Shown one piece after another: positions 25,201 to 37,200 of a stretch of DNA of 64,000 nt; position 1 is the stretch's first letter, and every line of letters begins with the position of its first letter. This DNA comes from Carcharhinus longimanus (lineage: Eukaryota), in contig JASCQW010000162.1 of the NCBI GenBank assembly GCA_030264375.1, positions 25,779,505 to 25,843,504 of the forward strand. The letters run 5' to 3'. A program made the position numbers and the translations under genes. The notes beneath the pieces were generated by a model. That model was given only the letters and a program-made list of their open reading frames with translations. It was not told the origin of the DNA and did no database searches.

Positions 25201-28200
25201 TTTCATGTTATAGAAACAGTTCCAGCTGAAAGTTCATATGGAAAGGAACGATAAAGAATGTAATCATTTTAAATGAGACTGAACTGGAGATTTATTCTCT
25301 TTTTTGTAGTCCTTTTTTAAATTTACTAAATATAGCTAGCTAGGAATTTTCATAATCCTCCTTCCTTCAGCCCTCACATGCCTATCTTCACTTTGTAGGT
25401 ATCTCTTCTTGAAGGCCTTGTTGCTTGTAAATTACATTCATGTACATTGTTCTGGATGGGCCATTTTTATGTATCACGATTTAGTAATTCCTGTTGCCAT
25501 CTGTGCCTCTAGATGTAATGTGTTACTAATACTTGTAGAATTGCCATCTGTAAGCTTTTTAATGTTTGTCCCTCAGTGTTCTAATTTGTCCCTCTGGATA
25601 GCATATTCCTTGCTATGCTGTATTCTTCATGTGGCCATGATCATTTATATTGTCTGCTTCAAAGGATGATCGGTAGCCCATTGTGTCTTTTCTCCCAATG
25701 TCCTCCCCAATCTACTTTGAATGGTACTCCTTTCCTACTTATGTTGCTCTCGCAACTCCTGGTCGCTATGCTAGAAATCACTCTTGTACCAACTTACTTG
25801 CTTATGAAAACTGTTATTGGCGAATGCTCCGTTGGTTATCGCCTTTTTTATGGTCTTCCTTTGTCTTCCATCTTGGACTTTTTTTCACTCCCTTTGCAGT
25901 GACTTTCAATAAGTAACTCATTGACAGCACAGAAAACTGTGCAAGTACTTGGGTTGCATTTCTGTCTTTATTTTCTCAGTCCATTTTGTAGTTGTTGCAA
26001 AGGCTGTGTCCTCTACTCTCAATTTCTCTGATCAAATTTTCTCTGGATAGGGTTGAGTGACCACAAAGAGAAAATAAAGCTGATTGGAGGGGGAAAAAAA
26101 CTGATTGAAGAAGGGAAACTGCAGAGAAATAAAATGATTTGGCCTAAATAAATTGAAGAAAAATGTTAACTAATAAAACAGTGAAGTGACAATGCTGATG
26201 TCCAATTTAATGGTCAGATTACTATGATTAATCTGGGGTCACTGCAGTGAAAAACATAATGGACTGAGTTCATCCATTGAACTAAACAAAAAAGTTACAA
26301 CAGGAATAAAATAAAGGTTAATGGCGAGGTGTCCAATGAAGCTAAAGTCACTAACAAAAAATGTCTTAATTTACAAATAGCAACATAAAGTAAGGACATC
26401 GACAGAAAATATGAGGAAAAAAAATGACTGTACTCCAAGGCTATGCAAAGGTGCCAGGATATTGGGGCAGACTGCATGCAAACATACATTGTTTGTTCTT
26501 AACATATTTGTACTTGATGCACACATAATTTTGACCCACGGTTCATTCTGAGCTGCAACTTGCTTTTGTATTATGCCATTAATGGAGAGAAACTTTCCAA
26601 CGTGTCTAAGAACTTAATCAGACAAAAACGAATGGTAAGACAAAGCAGGAACATTTGCTGGGTTTGTGAGATGGGGTGATTAATGCAAAAACTTGGCTAA
26701 ATAGGTGGGTGGTACAGAGGGTCTAATGAGGAGGGAGGTAGATTGAGATGGTTGAAGGTGCAGTTGCCAATAAAGGAGGGCATCCTTGGAGAAATTCTAG
26801 AGGTAACAGTACATGGGAGGATGCCAAGCCACTGTTGGGAATGATTTGGCTGTAATTGGATAAGTAAGAATATAATCAAAAGGGGGCAATCCCACCAGGA
26901 TGTGAGACATGTTTTCTTGTGCAGCTTCCTTTTGAAATTTAGTCTGCTGATAGGATCGTTAGCTTCCCCAGACAAACCTGAATACAGCTGGGGGTATGGC
27001 ATGAACACTAACCCAATGCTCCCACCTGCCATTTCGTACTGATCTAATCAACCCACCAAAGGTACAACTCCCATCATGAAGGTTGATCTGGAGAAACCCT
27101 CCCTCGCAGGACTTCAATGCAAATTCCACTTGGACAAATGAATGGGGATCATTAGACATGACATACAAGTGCCTGGTCTCAAACCCAACTGCTGCCTGGT
27201 TTCAAACTTCCACAGAAAGAGTAATCCACCTGTAACAGGTTCAGGGTTGGCCATGGCCCCTGCTTACACAACCTCCACAGATGGGCATTAGTGACAGTCT
27301 CTATGTGCTTGTGGGAGAAGCAAGCTATGCACCATAATGTAGAAGAATCTCCAATCCACAGACTCAGTGGAGGCCTATTTGCACTAAATGTAACAGGACC
27401 AGAAGAAACTGCTTGGCTTAGGGACTTTGAATTCTCTAAATTTTGTGTTTACCTTTTGTCCTTTCCTTTTAAGGTAATTTTAAATTCAGCTTCTATCGAG
27501 GTAGGGTCTGCAGACTGCAGAAAGGTTGTGGACCACTGCCATAGTGAGAGGTGGTATAATTTGCTAAATTTGTTAGGGCCACTATTTGTTTTGTCCAAAG
27601 TTGATGGAAACACTAGAAGCAGTTGTCATTTTCCTTCTGGGACTTGGCAGCATCTGGTTTAAACATTTACTTCTCTAACTCAGAACTTAATTGTCTTTTT
27701 CCTGTTTTACAGTGTTGGTAGAGACCAGTAATTTTGTTTTTACATATGTTAACAAAATAAAGACACACACAGTTCCATAGTTTAAAACTTTTTTTTACGT
27801 ACAAGACTCAACAAAGCAAACACTAAATACTACCTAACCTGTACTGTAACAACCATAATTAATAGGCAAATTGTATTGAATATAAACTATAAAGTGTACA
27901 TCAAAATGCAGATACAATGACAACACACAGAACTTATAAATTGTCTCAGCAGTCCACTCAGGTTTTGGTGATCACAGTGAGACTCAAAATGCTTCAGACT
28001 TTGTCTGATCCTCTGTGGAGCTAGTCTGATTCCTAGTCGACAGCAGCAGCATACAATCAGCTTGAGTTTCATGAGCATGGTCTTCACCACAACTGTCATA
28101 TGTCTCTGCAGAAGCTGCTCAACTCCCTCTGGATAATGTTGATCCACCAATGTTCTCTTCAAGTAACAGAAGCAGTAGAAACAGCTTGTATTCATTGCTT

Positions 28201-31200
28201 ATTCTTAGCTTCTGGATCTGACCCCTTCTTGAGTCATCTTCAGTGGACTCACCAGCTGCTGTAAGCAGCTTGAATTGATTTCTTTCCATGGGTTTCAGTT
28301 TCAGTTTCCCATCTCAGCTGGCTTCTTAAAGACTGAAATGTTCAGTTTCATTTCTTTGTTGTTCCTTTCAACTTTGGGACTTTGACGAAGATTCATTGTG
28401 TGGATTTTTCTCGTGCAGCTTTTTTTTGAAATTCAGTCTGCTCAGAGGATTGTTAGCTTCCCCAGACAAACCTGAATACAGGCTGGGGTATGGCATGAAC
28501 GCTGGCCCAATGCTCCCACCTGCCATTTCATACTGATCTAATCAGCCACCAGAGGTACAACTCCCATCATGAAGGTTGATCTGGAGAAACCCTCTCACGC
28601 AGGACCTCAATGCAAATTCCACTTGTCCAATGATCCCCATTCATTTGTCCATGACATACAAGTGCCTGGTCTCAAACACAACTGCTGCCTGGTTTCAACC
28701 TTCCACGGAAAGAGTAATCCACCCTCAACAGGTTCAGGGTTGGCCATGGCCCCTGCTTACACAACCTCCACAGATGGGGCATTACTGACAGCCTCTGTGT
28801 GCTTGTGGGAGAAGCAAGCTATGCACCATAATGTAGAAGAGTCTCCAATCCACAGACTCAGTGGAGGCCTGTCTGCAATTAATGCAACAGGACCAGAAGA
28901 AACTGCTTGGCTTAGGGACTTTGCATTCTCTAAATTTTGTGTTTACCTTTTGTCCATTCTTTTTGGGGTAATTTTAAATTCAGCTTCTATTGAGGTATGG
29001 TCTGCCTGAAATATACAGATTAAAGCTAAAAGTATCAATTTGCAATCTCCATATACAATAACATTCTTTTATTCACATGTCCATCAAGTTTCCTTCCATT
29101 CTGAAGTTGTACTGTCTCAATAATTATCTGTTGCTTGCCATTGTACAGCCTGACTGTGATGATGCTTGCTGTTCTTACTTTTTTCAAAAGTACCTTTATG
29201 TAGCCTAGTGAGAGAATCAGAATTGTTAAAAAAGTTCAAGGTCTGTCAGGTGGACCTTCAGCAATCTTGGTAGTCATAATCTTTTGAAGTGAAAATATGT
29301 CCAATTTATGCTTTGTATTGTGGGATCCAGACCTCAGCACATATGGCCGCATAAAAAAGGTAGCAGAGTATCTCACTGTTGAAACTGGTGATGTTTTAAT
29401 AAATCTTAACGAAATGTTAGCTTTGATTACCATGTTATTAGTATTTGAGAAGTTTATCAATCACTAACTGTAGAAGAAATTAGATTCATATAAGCAGTTA
29501 GGTTGCATAGAAAAGTAAGTCTGTTTTAAACGGACCTACTATAGTAGGGGCTAAAGCTGCAGCAGTAGCTAAAGGGTTAATGATTCACTATATACTCACC
29601 ATTATACCGAAAANNNNNNNNNNNNNNNNNNNNNNNNNNNNNNNNNNNNNNNNNNNNNNNNNNNNNNNNNNNNNNNNNNNNNNNNNNNNNNNNNNNNNNN
29701 NNNNNNNNNNNNNCCTGACTCTGAACGTCTCTGCCTGAGTTATTCTGAGCTAGGAGTTTCCTCGACACTAACCTTTAGAATAATGACACAAAGTGGAAAA
29801 AGCATGACTGTTTAAAAAAGGTTGGCACTGCAGAAGTTGCAAAATTTTCTTGATTCACTGTTCTACAATGTGAACTAGATTGACTTAAGTTGTGGCTGGT
29901 CTAACCAATCTGTTTGAACTTAATCCTTGCCTGTGTTCATTGCTGTCAGGTCTCAGCTGCAGAAAAAACTTAAGTCTATCATTTGAAAAGTGAATGCAGA
30001 GTAAAGGTTAGATTGGTTCACATCAGAGTGCAAACTGAGCTCCTAGCAAATCAGCAGCCAGTTCTTTTTTCACCTAGTTCCTTTCCACTAATGTTCACAG
30101 AATAGTAGTTCAAACTCTCCTTGGAGGCTTCTTTCCTAATCTCTCTGTTGCTATTGGTTTGAAATTAACATTATTTTTCAGGTCAGTGAGAAATAAAAAT
30201 TGGCGTAGTGTAGAACAGGCTGCCGATTTGCTGCAGGCCCATTTTGCGGTGATGAGCAGATTGCTTTTTGCCTCTAAATACCTATGCAGCCTACAGCATT
30301 TTTCATTGATTCGTACTTGCATGCCAATTGAGCTTAGATCATAGCAAAATACTGTGAAAGCACGCCACTAACAACCACTAGATGGTGTTAGTGTGCTAAT
30401 TTGATTTTGAACTGTACATTAAGACAAAACAGACTTGTGAATTTTAGGCTAGTGTGAATTTGTACAGCTTGCTGATTCCTATTATACTCTTGGTGATCTC
30501 GCTGCACAAGTGGTCCAAATTAGGATTCCCTGTCACCGGAAACCTAATGTTTTCTTCATCCCAAACAAAGAAAAGCTCAGATTGTTTTTTGGAATATGTT
30601 TTTTGTCAGTTTTGAGGAGCAATTGGAAACTGAAGTGTGCATGATGAAACATAAAATTTCCGAGTAGGTTCCTTCCCAAAGACATCAACACTAACATAGG
30701 TTGCTGTCCTTGTTTGTTCCTCATTCTCCGAATCTCTAGCTCAACTGCTTAATTGCAATAACTAGAATTTCTTGCTAGCTAAAAATATAATAACTGACAA
30801 CAAGGGTTTCTACAGGTATTTAAAAAGGAAAAATTAAGTAAAATGAGTGTGGTTCCCTTGAGAGTGAAAAGTTAATAGATAATAAAAATTGGTGGATGAA
30901 ATGAAAAAAAATTTGCTTCTTTGTTCACCATTGAAATACAAAAAGCATTCCAATAATAGATGTAAATCAGAGATGGAAGGGAACTTGATGAAATAGCAAT
31001 CACTCGGGAAACAGTACTCAGCAAACTGATGGAGCTGCGGGCTGACAAGTCTCTGGGTGCTGATCTCATCCTAGTATTTTAAAATGTTGGCTAATGAGGT
31101 AGTAGATGTGTTGGTGTTAACTTTCCAAAATTCCTTACGTTCTGGGATGGTTCCATCAGACTGGAAAGTAACAAATAAAACTAAAGAAGGAAGAGACTGA

Positions 31201-34200
31201 AACCAAAAGCTATAGGCCAGTAAGCTTGATGTCTAGTGGAAAGGGGGTTAAAATTAATCATTAAGGATGTTAACTGGGCATTTGGAGAAACTTACATCAT
31301 CAAGAAGAATCAACATGGTTTTGTGAAAGGGAAATCCTGTTTAATCAATTTATTGGAAGTCTCTGAAGAAGTAACATGGATGAAGGGGAGCTTTTAGATG
31401 TGCTGTACTTAGATTTCCTGAAAACATTTGATAAGCTGACATATCGAAGGTTATTGTGGAAAATAAAAGATCATGGTGTTGAGGGTAATATATTAGAAGA
31501 TTGGTTGGCAGAAAACGGTGTGCATAAATTGTTTTCTGATTGGATGTGACAAGTAGAATCATGTAGGGGTTTGTTCTTGGGCTTCAATTTTTTACAAATT
31601 ATTTTAATGACTTAGATGAAGAGAGTGAAAGCATAGAACATTACAGTGCAGAACAGGCCCTTCGGCCCACGATGTTGCGCCGACCGGTTAAAAAACAATG
31701 ACCCTCTAACCTAAACCAATCCCTNNNNNNNNNNNNNNNNNNNNNNNNNNNNNNNNNNNNNNNNNNNNNNNNNNNNNNNNNNNNNNNNNNNNNNNNNNNN
31801 NNNNNNNNNNNNNNNNNNNNNNNNTTATCTATTTTCAAACCCTCAAGAATATCCAGCACATCCCCCTTATCAACTGCAATACTGTCTAGTTTACACCCCT
31901 GCAACCCAGTGTTCTCCTCAGCTACATTCATGTCCCCCTGCGTGAACACCGAAGAGAAATATTGGTTCAATGCCTCACCAATCTCTTCCGGTTCCACACA
32001 CAACTTCCCTCTGCTGTCTGTAACTGGCCCTAAATTCATGCATGGCAGCTAAATTCGCAGATAACACCAAGATAGGTAGGAAACTTATATAGAAAATAGA
32101 AGCAGAAGTAGGCAATTGGGTCCTTTTGAGTTTGCTCTGCCACTCATTCTGACTGATCATCAAACTCAATACCCTGATCTTACTTTCCCCTTTAATCCCT
32201 TGATCCCTATAGCCTCAAAGAAACTACGGGCAGGATTTTACAATCTTGCTCATCCTGAAACCATAAAATCCCACTTGGACCTTTCTATTGTCCGCCCCTC
32301 GCTTTGATTCCCATGGGGTGAGAAGGGCATTAAAATTCCAGCTTATGTTCTGAAGAGGATGTGAGGTATCAGGTGGATATAGATACAACCAAGTGAGTGG
32401 CCAAAAATCCTGCAGATGAAGCATCATGTGGGATAAAGTGAAATTGTTCACTTTGGTAGGAAGAACATAATAGCACAGCATTATTTAAATGGAGAACAGC
32501 TGTAGAATTCCAAGGTGCAAAGGGATTTGGTACATGAGTTGTAAAAGGTTAGTATGCAGTACATCAAGTAATTAAGGATAATGGAATACTATCCTTTTAT
32601 TACAAGAAGAATTGAGCATAAAAGTAGGATGTTGTGCATCAGTTATACTGAGCATTGGTGAGCCCATATAGTCTTACAGCACAGAAACATGCCCTTTGGT
32701 CTGCTATGTTTATGCCGACCGTCAAATACCAATCTCTATACTCATACCATTTACCAGCACTTGGTCTGTAGCCTACAATGCCTTGGTGATTTTAATGTTT
32801 GTCTAGACGCTTTTTAAATGTGGCAAGAGTACCTGCCTCCATCACCCTGTCAAGCAGCATGGTGAATATTTCCACCATCGTCAGTGAAAAAATCTCCCCT
32901 TAGATCCCCTCCAAAGCACTTACTGCTACTTTTAAGCCCGTGCCTTCTGGTCTTGGACACCTCTGCCGTGGGGCAAAGATTCTTACAATCGATCCTTTCT
33001 ATGTTTCTCATAATTTTGTACACCTATATCACGTCCCTCCTCTGATCCGGGGAAAGCAAACCCAGCCTATTCAGTCTCCCTTCATAGCTGAATCTTTCCA
33101 TCCCAGACAACATCCTGTGAATCTCGTCTGCACCCTCTTCTTTGCAATCATGTCCTTCCAGTAGTGTGCTGATCAGAACTGCACACAATGTTGCATCTGT
33201 GGCCTATCCAATGTTTTATAAAGTTGTATCAAGATCCCCCTGCTCCTATGTTCTATGCTCTGGCTAATGAAGGCATTCTGTTTGCCTTTATCTACCTGTC
33301 TAGCTGTGCTGTCATCTTCGGGGATCTTTGGAGCAGTATGCCAAGGTCCCTTTTATTCCTCAGTATTTATTAGGGACCTGTCATTCATTGTGTACATCCT
33401 ACCCTATTAAGTCGCTCAAAATGCATCACCTCACCCGTATCAGGATTAAATTCCATTTGCCATTGCTCTGCTCAACTTACAGCCGATCAATATCGGTCTG
33501 TAGTTTAAGACTATCCCCCTCGTGAGCAACACCACCAATTTTTGTGTCATCTGCAAACTTCCTAATTATACCTCCTACATTTGCTTCCAAGTTGTGAATG
33601 TACATAACAAACACTAAGGGCCTCGGCATTGATCCCTATGATAAACCACTGGTCACAGGCTTCCAACCACAAAAGCAGCCCTCCATGATCACCCTTTGCC
33701 TCCTATAACAAGCTAATTTTGGATCCAATTTGCCAACTTGCCATGGGCTCTTAACTTTTTGGACCAGCCTTCCACATGGGACCTTGTCAAAGGCTTTACT
33801 GAAGTTTATGTAAACCACATCAACTACACATCAATATATTTAGTTACTTTTTCAAAAAAAACTCAAAATAGTTGGGCAGGATCTCTTCTTCTCCTCCTCC
33901 TCCTCTCCCCGCCCCCCAATCACCAACAATTCCATGCTGACCATCCGTGATCAATTTTGCCTTTCAAAGTGTTGTTTAATCCTGTCCCTCAGAATTTTTT
34001 TCCAATAATTTCCGTACCACTAACGTTAGACTAACTGGCCTGTAATTATTTGGCTTATCCCTGCTTAAATAAAGATACTTGAATGCTGTGTGTAGTTTTG
34101 GTTTCCTCCTTTCAGGGAAAGATGGAAATACATTGGAGATGCTTCAGAGTAGCTTGACTAGATTGATACCTGGAATAAACAAGTTGCCTTATAGGAAAGG

Positions 34201-37200
34201 TTAGACAGTGTGGCTTGTTTCCACTGGAGTGTAAAAGAGTGAAGGGTGACTTGATTGATATAAAAAAAATTCTGAATGGTTTTGACAAGGTGGAAGTAGA
34301 AAGGATGGTTCCCTCTTGTCAGTCAGCCCAGAACTAGGGGGTGCTGTTTATTTTTGAGATTATGTGAAGAAATATTCCAGTTATTCCAGTTTCTTGGCTT
34401 TGCTTGTGTTAACATGGGGGTAATCTTGCACCTTTTTACTTGAACACAATTTTTTCAGATTAGCTGGAGATCTAGTCACAGTTATTATATTTTTGATAAC
34501 AGTCAGAGTACATTTTTTTTCCTAAAATTTCCCTCGACGGGTTGAGTATCCTTTTTCCAAAATCCTTGAGGTCAATTGTGTTTTGATATTCAGATGTTGT
34601 TGGATTTGTGGAGGCTAGCTATAATCCACAAATACTTGTGGATTTTCTCGTAATGGTTTGCAAAATGAGCAGCTCTGTGTGGATCAGAACAAAGATGTTC
34701 TTTTAAAGGCTACATCCAACAAAGTACATGTTGAGTATCCTTATCTCTACATTTGAAAACCACTCGCATCCAAAGACCAAACTTTTTTGAGCAGCTATCC
34801 AGTTAATTTGTATATTACTAAATGATGTAATATATCACAGGTGTAAGAACAGCTATGTAGGGCAAGAGCAAGTTGGCCAATGGATGAGCAACCTGGTATT
34901 TGTACACTATACCTAGCCTAGGCAAATAGCAAATATTGATCTGATCATGATAGCCATTGCCCCACAGGATAGCTTTAATACACTCAATTTCTGCATGAAG
35001 CTTGCAAGGTAAACAAGGTTTATAAGTTTGTTGATGAGATCAACTTGTAGCACATGGAACTATCCAGATCTGAATATGCAAAAGGAAGGTTGGCTATTCA
35101 AATCTCAAATTCACCTAATTGTGAATCTCCCAAGGAAGTACAGCTGATGTTTGTGTACTCCTGAATATGTGGAGAATGCTTCTTGGAAGAAATATGATCG
35201 ATGTGATTTTCTTTTTACCATGGTCATTTAGAAGCATTAACCACTTAAAAAGAAGGTATAAAATTGCTTTCCTATACTTTAGCAATGTAGCTAATGACTG
35301 TCAGTAAGTACAAAACTTCTGTAAATATTGTGTCCAAATCTGGGCACCATACTTGGAAGGACACAGGTTTTGGTGAGGATGCGGAAGAAATTTGCTGGAG
35401 TAGTTCCAAGCAAGAGGGGATTATAGTTTGATGGATAGTTTGCTGAAGCTGGAGTGGTGGGTTTTGTTTTGAGCGAAGAAGCTAAGAGGAGATCCGATGT
35501 TCAAAATCTTGAAGGGTTTGGACAGAGCATTGGGAAATTGCTTCTAATAGCTGAATGAATCAAGAAGACACAGGTTTAAGTTGATTGGCAAAAGAGTTAG
35601 AGACACATGGTAAAAAGCATTTTCTGTACCGAATGGTACTCTTTGATAATATGATGGATACAGATTCAACAATACTTTTTTCAAAAGGGCATTAGATAAA
35701 TAAATGAAAGAGAAAAAATTGCAAGCATCTGGGGAATGATGAGGAGTGGACCAAACTGGATTTTTTTTCTCACTTTGTTATTGGATTCTTCAAATAGTGT
35801 TGCATCCTGAATTGCAGTATGTTGCATTGAAAAAAGTTCAAAACTTATTTTAGTACAGTATTGGATTAAAATGCAATCAGTGAATATTGCGTAAAATTAT
35901 GAGCTATCTCTGGAAATCAAGAAGTATCATTAATTGTGAATCGTTGTTTTTCAAAACTAGATTTTGATCAAACCAAACTTTCAAGAGCATGCTATCTTTA
36001 CTGTTTGTCTCCCTTAATGATATAGCTGGAAATACAGCCATAACTCCCAAAAACAAGTGAAAATAAAGGGTAGTAAAAGCCATGTTACAACAGAATAGAA
36101 CTGTTGCATACTTCACAATTGAACTTTACTGTAGGAGCACAAAGTAGGTTATGTCTTCTGTTGTGTATGTAAGATTGTGACCAACATGCAATGAATTATC
36201 ATTTTAAAAATGTGTGCTAAATTAGTGCATCAGGATAAATGTGATTATGAAGGTTTTTAGAAATTTGTTCAGATCTTCTAAATTATCTTTTAAAACACAA
36301 GGTGGGGAAATCTTAGCGCTGTATTTATCTTTAACTGCTCAACTGTGTAGGTGTATATTTTCAATCTTCTGTTTCCGTTCTTATGGTAGCTGAGTGTAAT
36401 AGTCAGTAAATTAGAGAAATATGAACTACTGTTTGATATTCATTGCAATAAGTCAGCAATAAATGCTGACTGTTACTCCATTCAGTAGTGGTTCCTTTAA
36501 GCCTGGGTTCCTCGAATGAGACTGTGCTACTTCACTATAAAAAGTCTGACAACACCAGGTTTTAGTCCAACCTATTTAATTAAATATTTAAAAAAATTTA
36601 AAAATAAATAGGTTGGACTAAAACCTGGTGTTGTCAGACTTTTTACTGTGTTTACGCCAGTCCAACGCCGGCATACCCACATCATGACTACTTCACTATC
36701 ACAGGTAGTTTTTGAATTAACATATAGACTGCAATAATTAAAATGTTTACATGGATCATTAGCTCTTGTTTAATTCCTTTGCTTTTTATCCCTCTCTCCC
36801 AGGTTTATTCTAGAGCAAATGAACAAGAGCCCTGTGGATGGTGGCTTGCTAAGGTTCGGATGATGAAAGGAGATGTAAGTTAAGGATATTGTGAGATGAT
36901 TGAGTAAAATAATTGAAATGTTTTAACATAAATTGGATTTCAAATTATATTGGGGTTATAGTTTTAAAAATCTGGGCATAGAATGGAAGTGTGAAGAAAA
37001 TTTTTGTTCTTCTAAGAATACATCCAAAAGAAAACATGCAAGCCGTCAAGATTATCCAGTTAGACAGTCTGTCTGTCTGTGTGGACACAGTAAGAAGTCC
37101 CACAAGACCAGGCTAAAGTCTCACCCGATGAAGGAGCAGCGCTCTGAAAGCTCCTGATTCCAAATAAACCTGTTGGATTTTAGCCTGGTGTTGTGAGACT

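Noticed and set aside
28569-29009. 146-aa ORF in duplicate copy 2
   Set aside because: Copy 1 is broken by the inversion and a stop; no recognisable homology or splice context.
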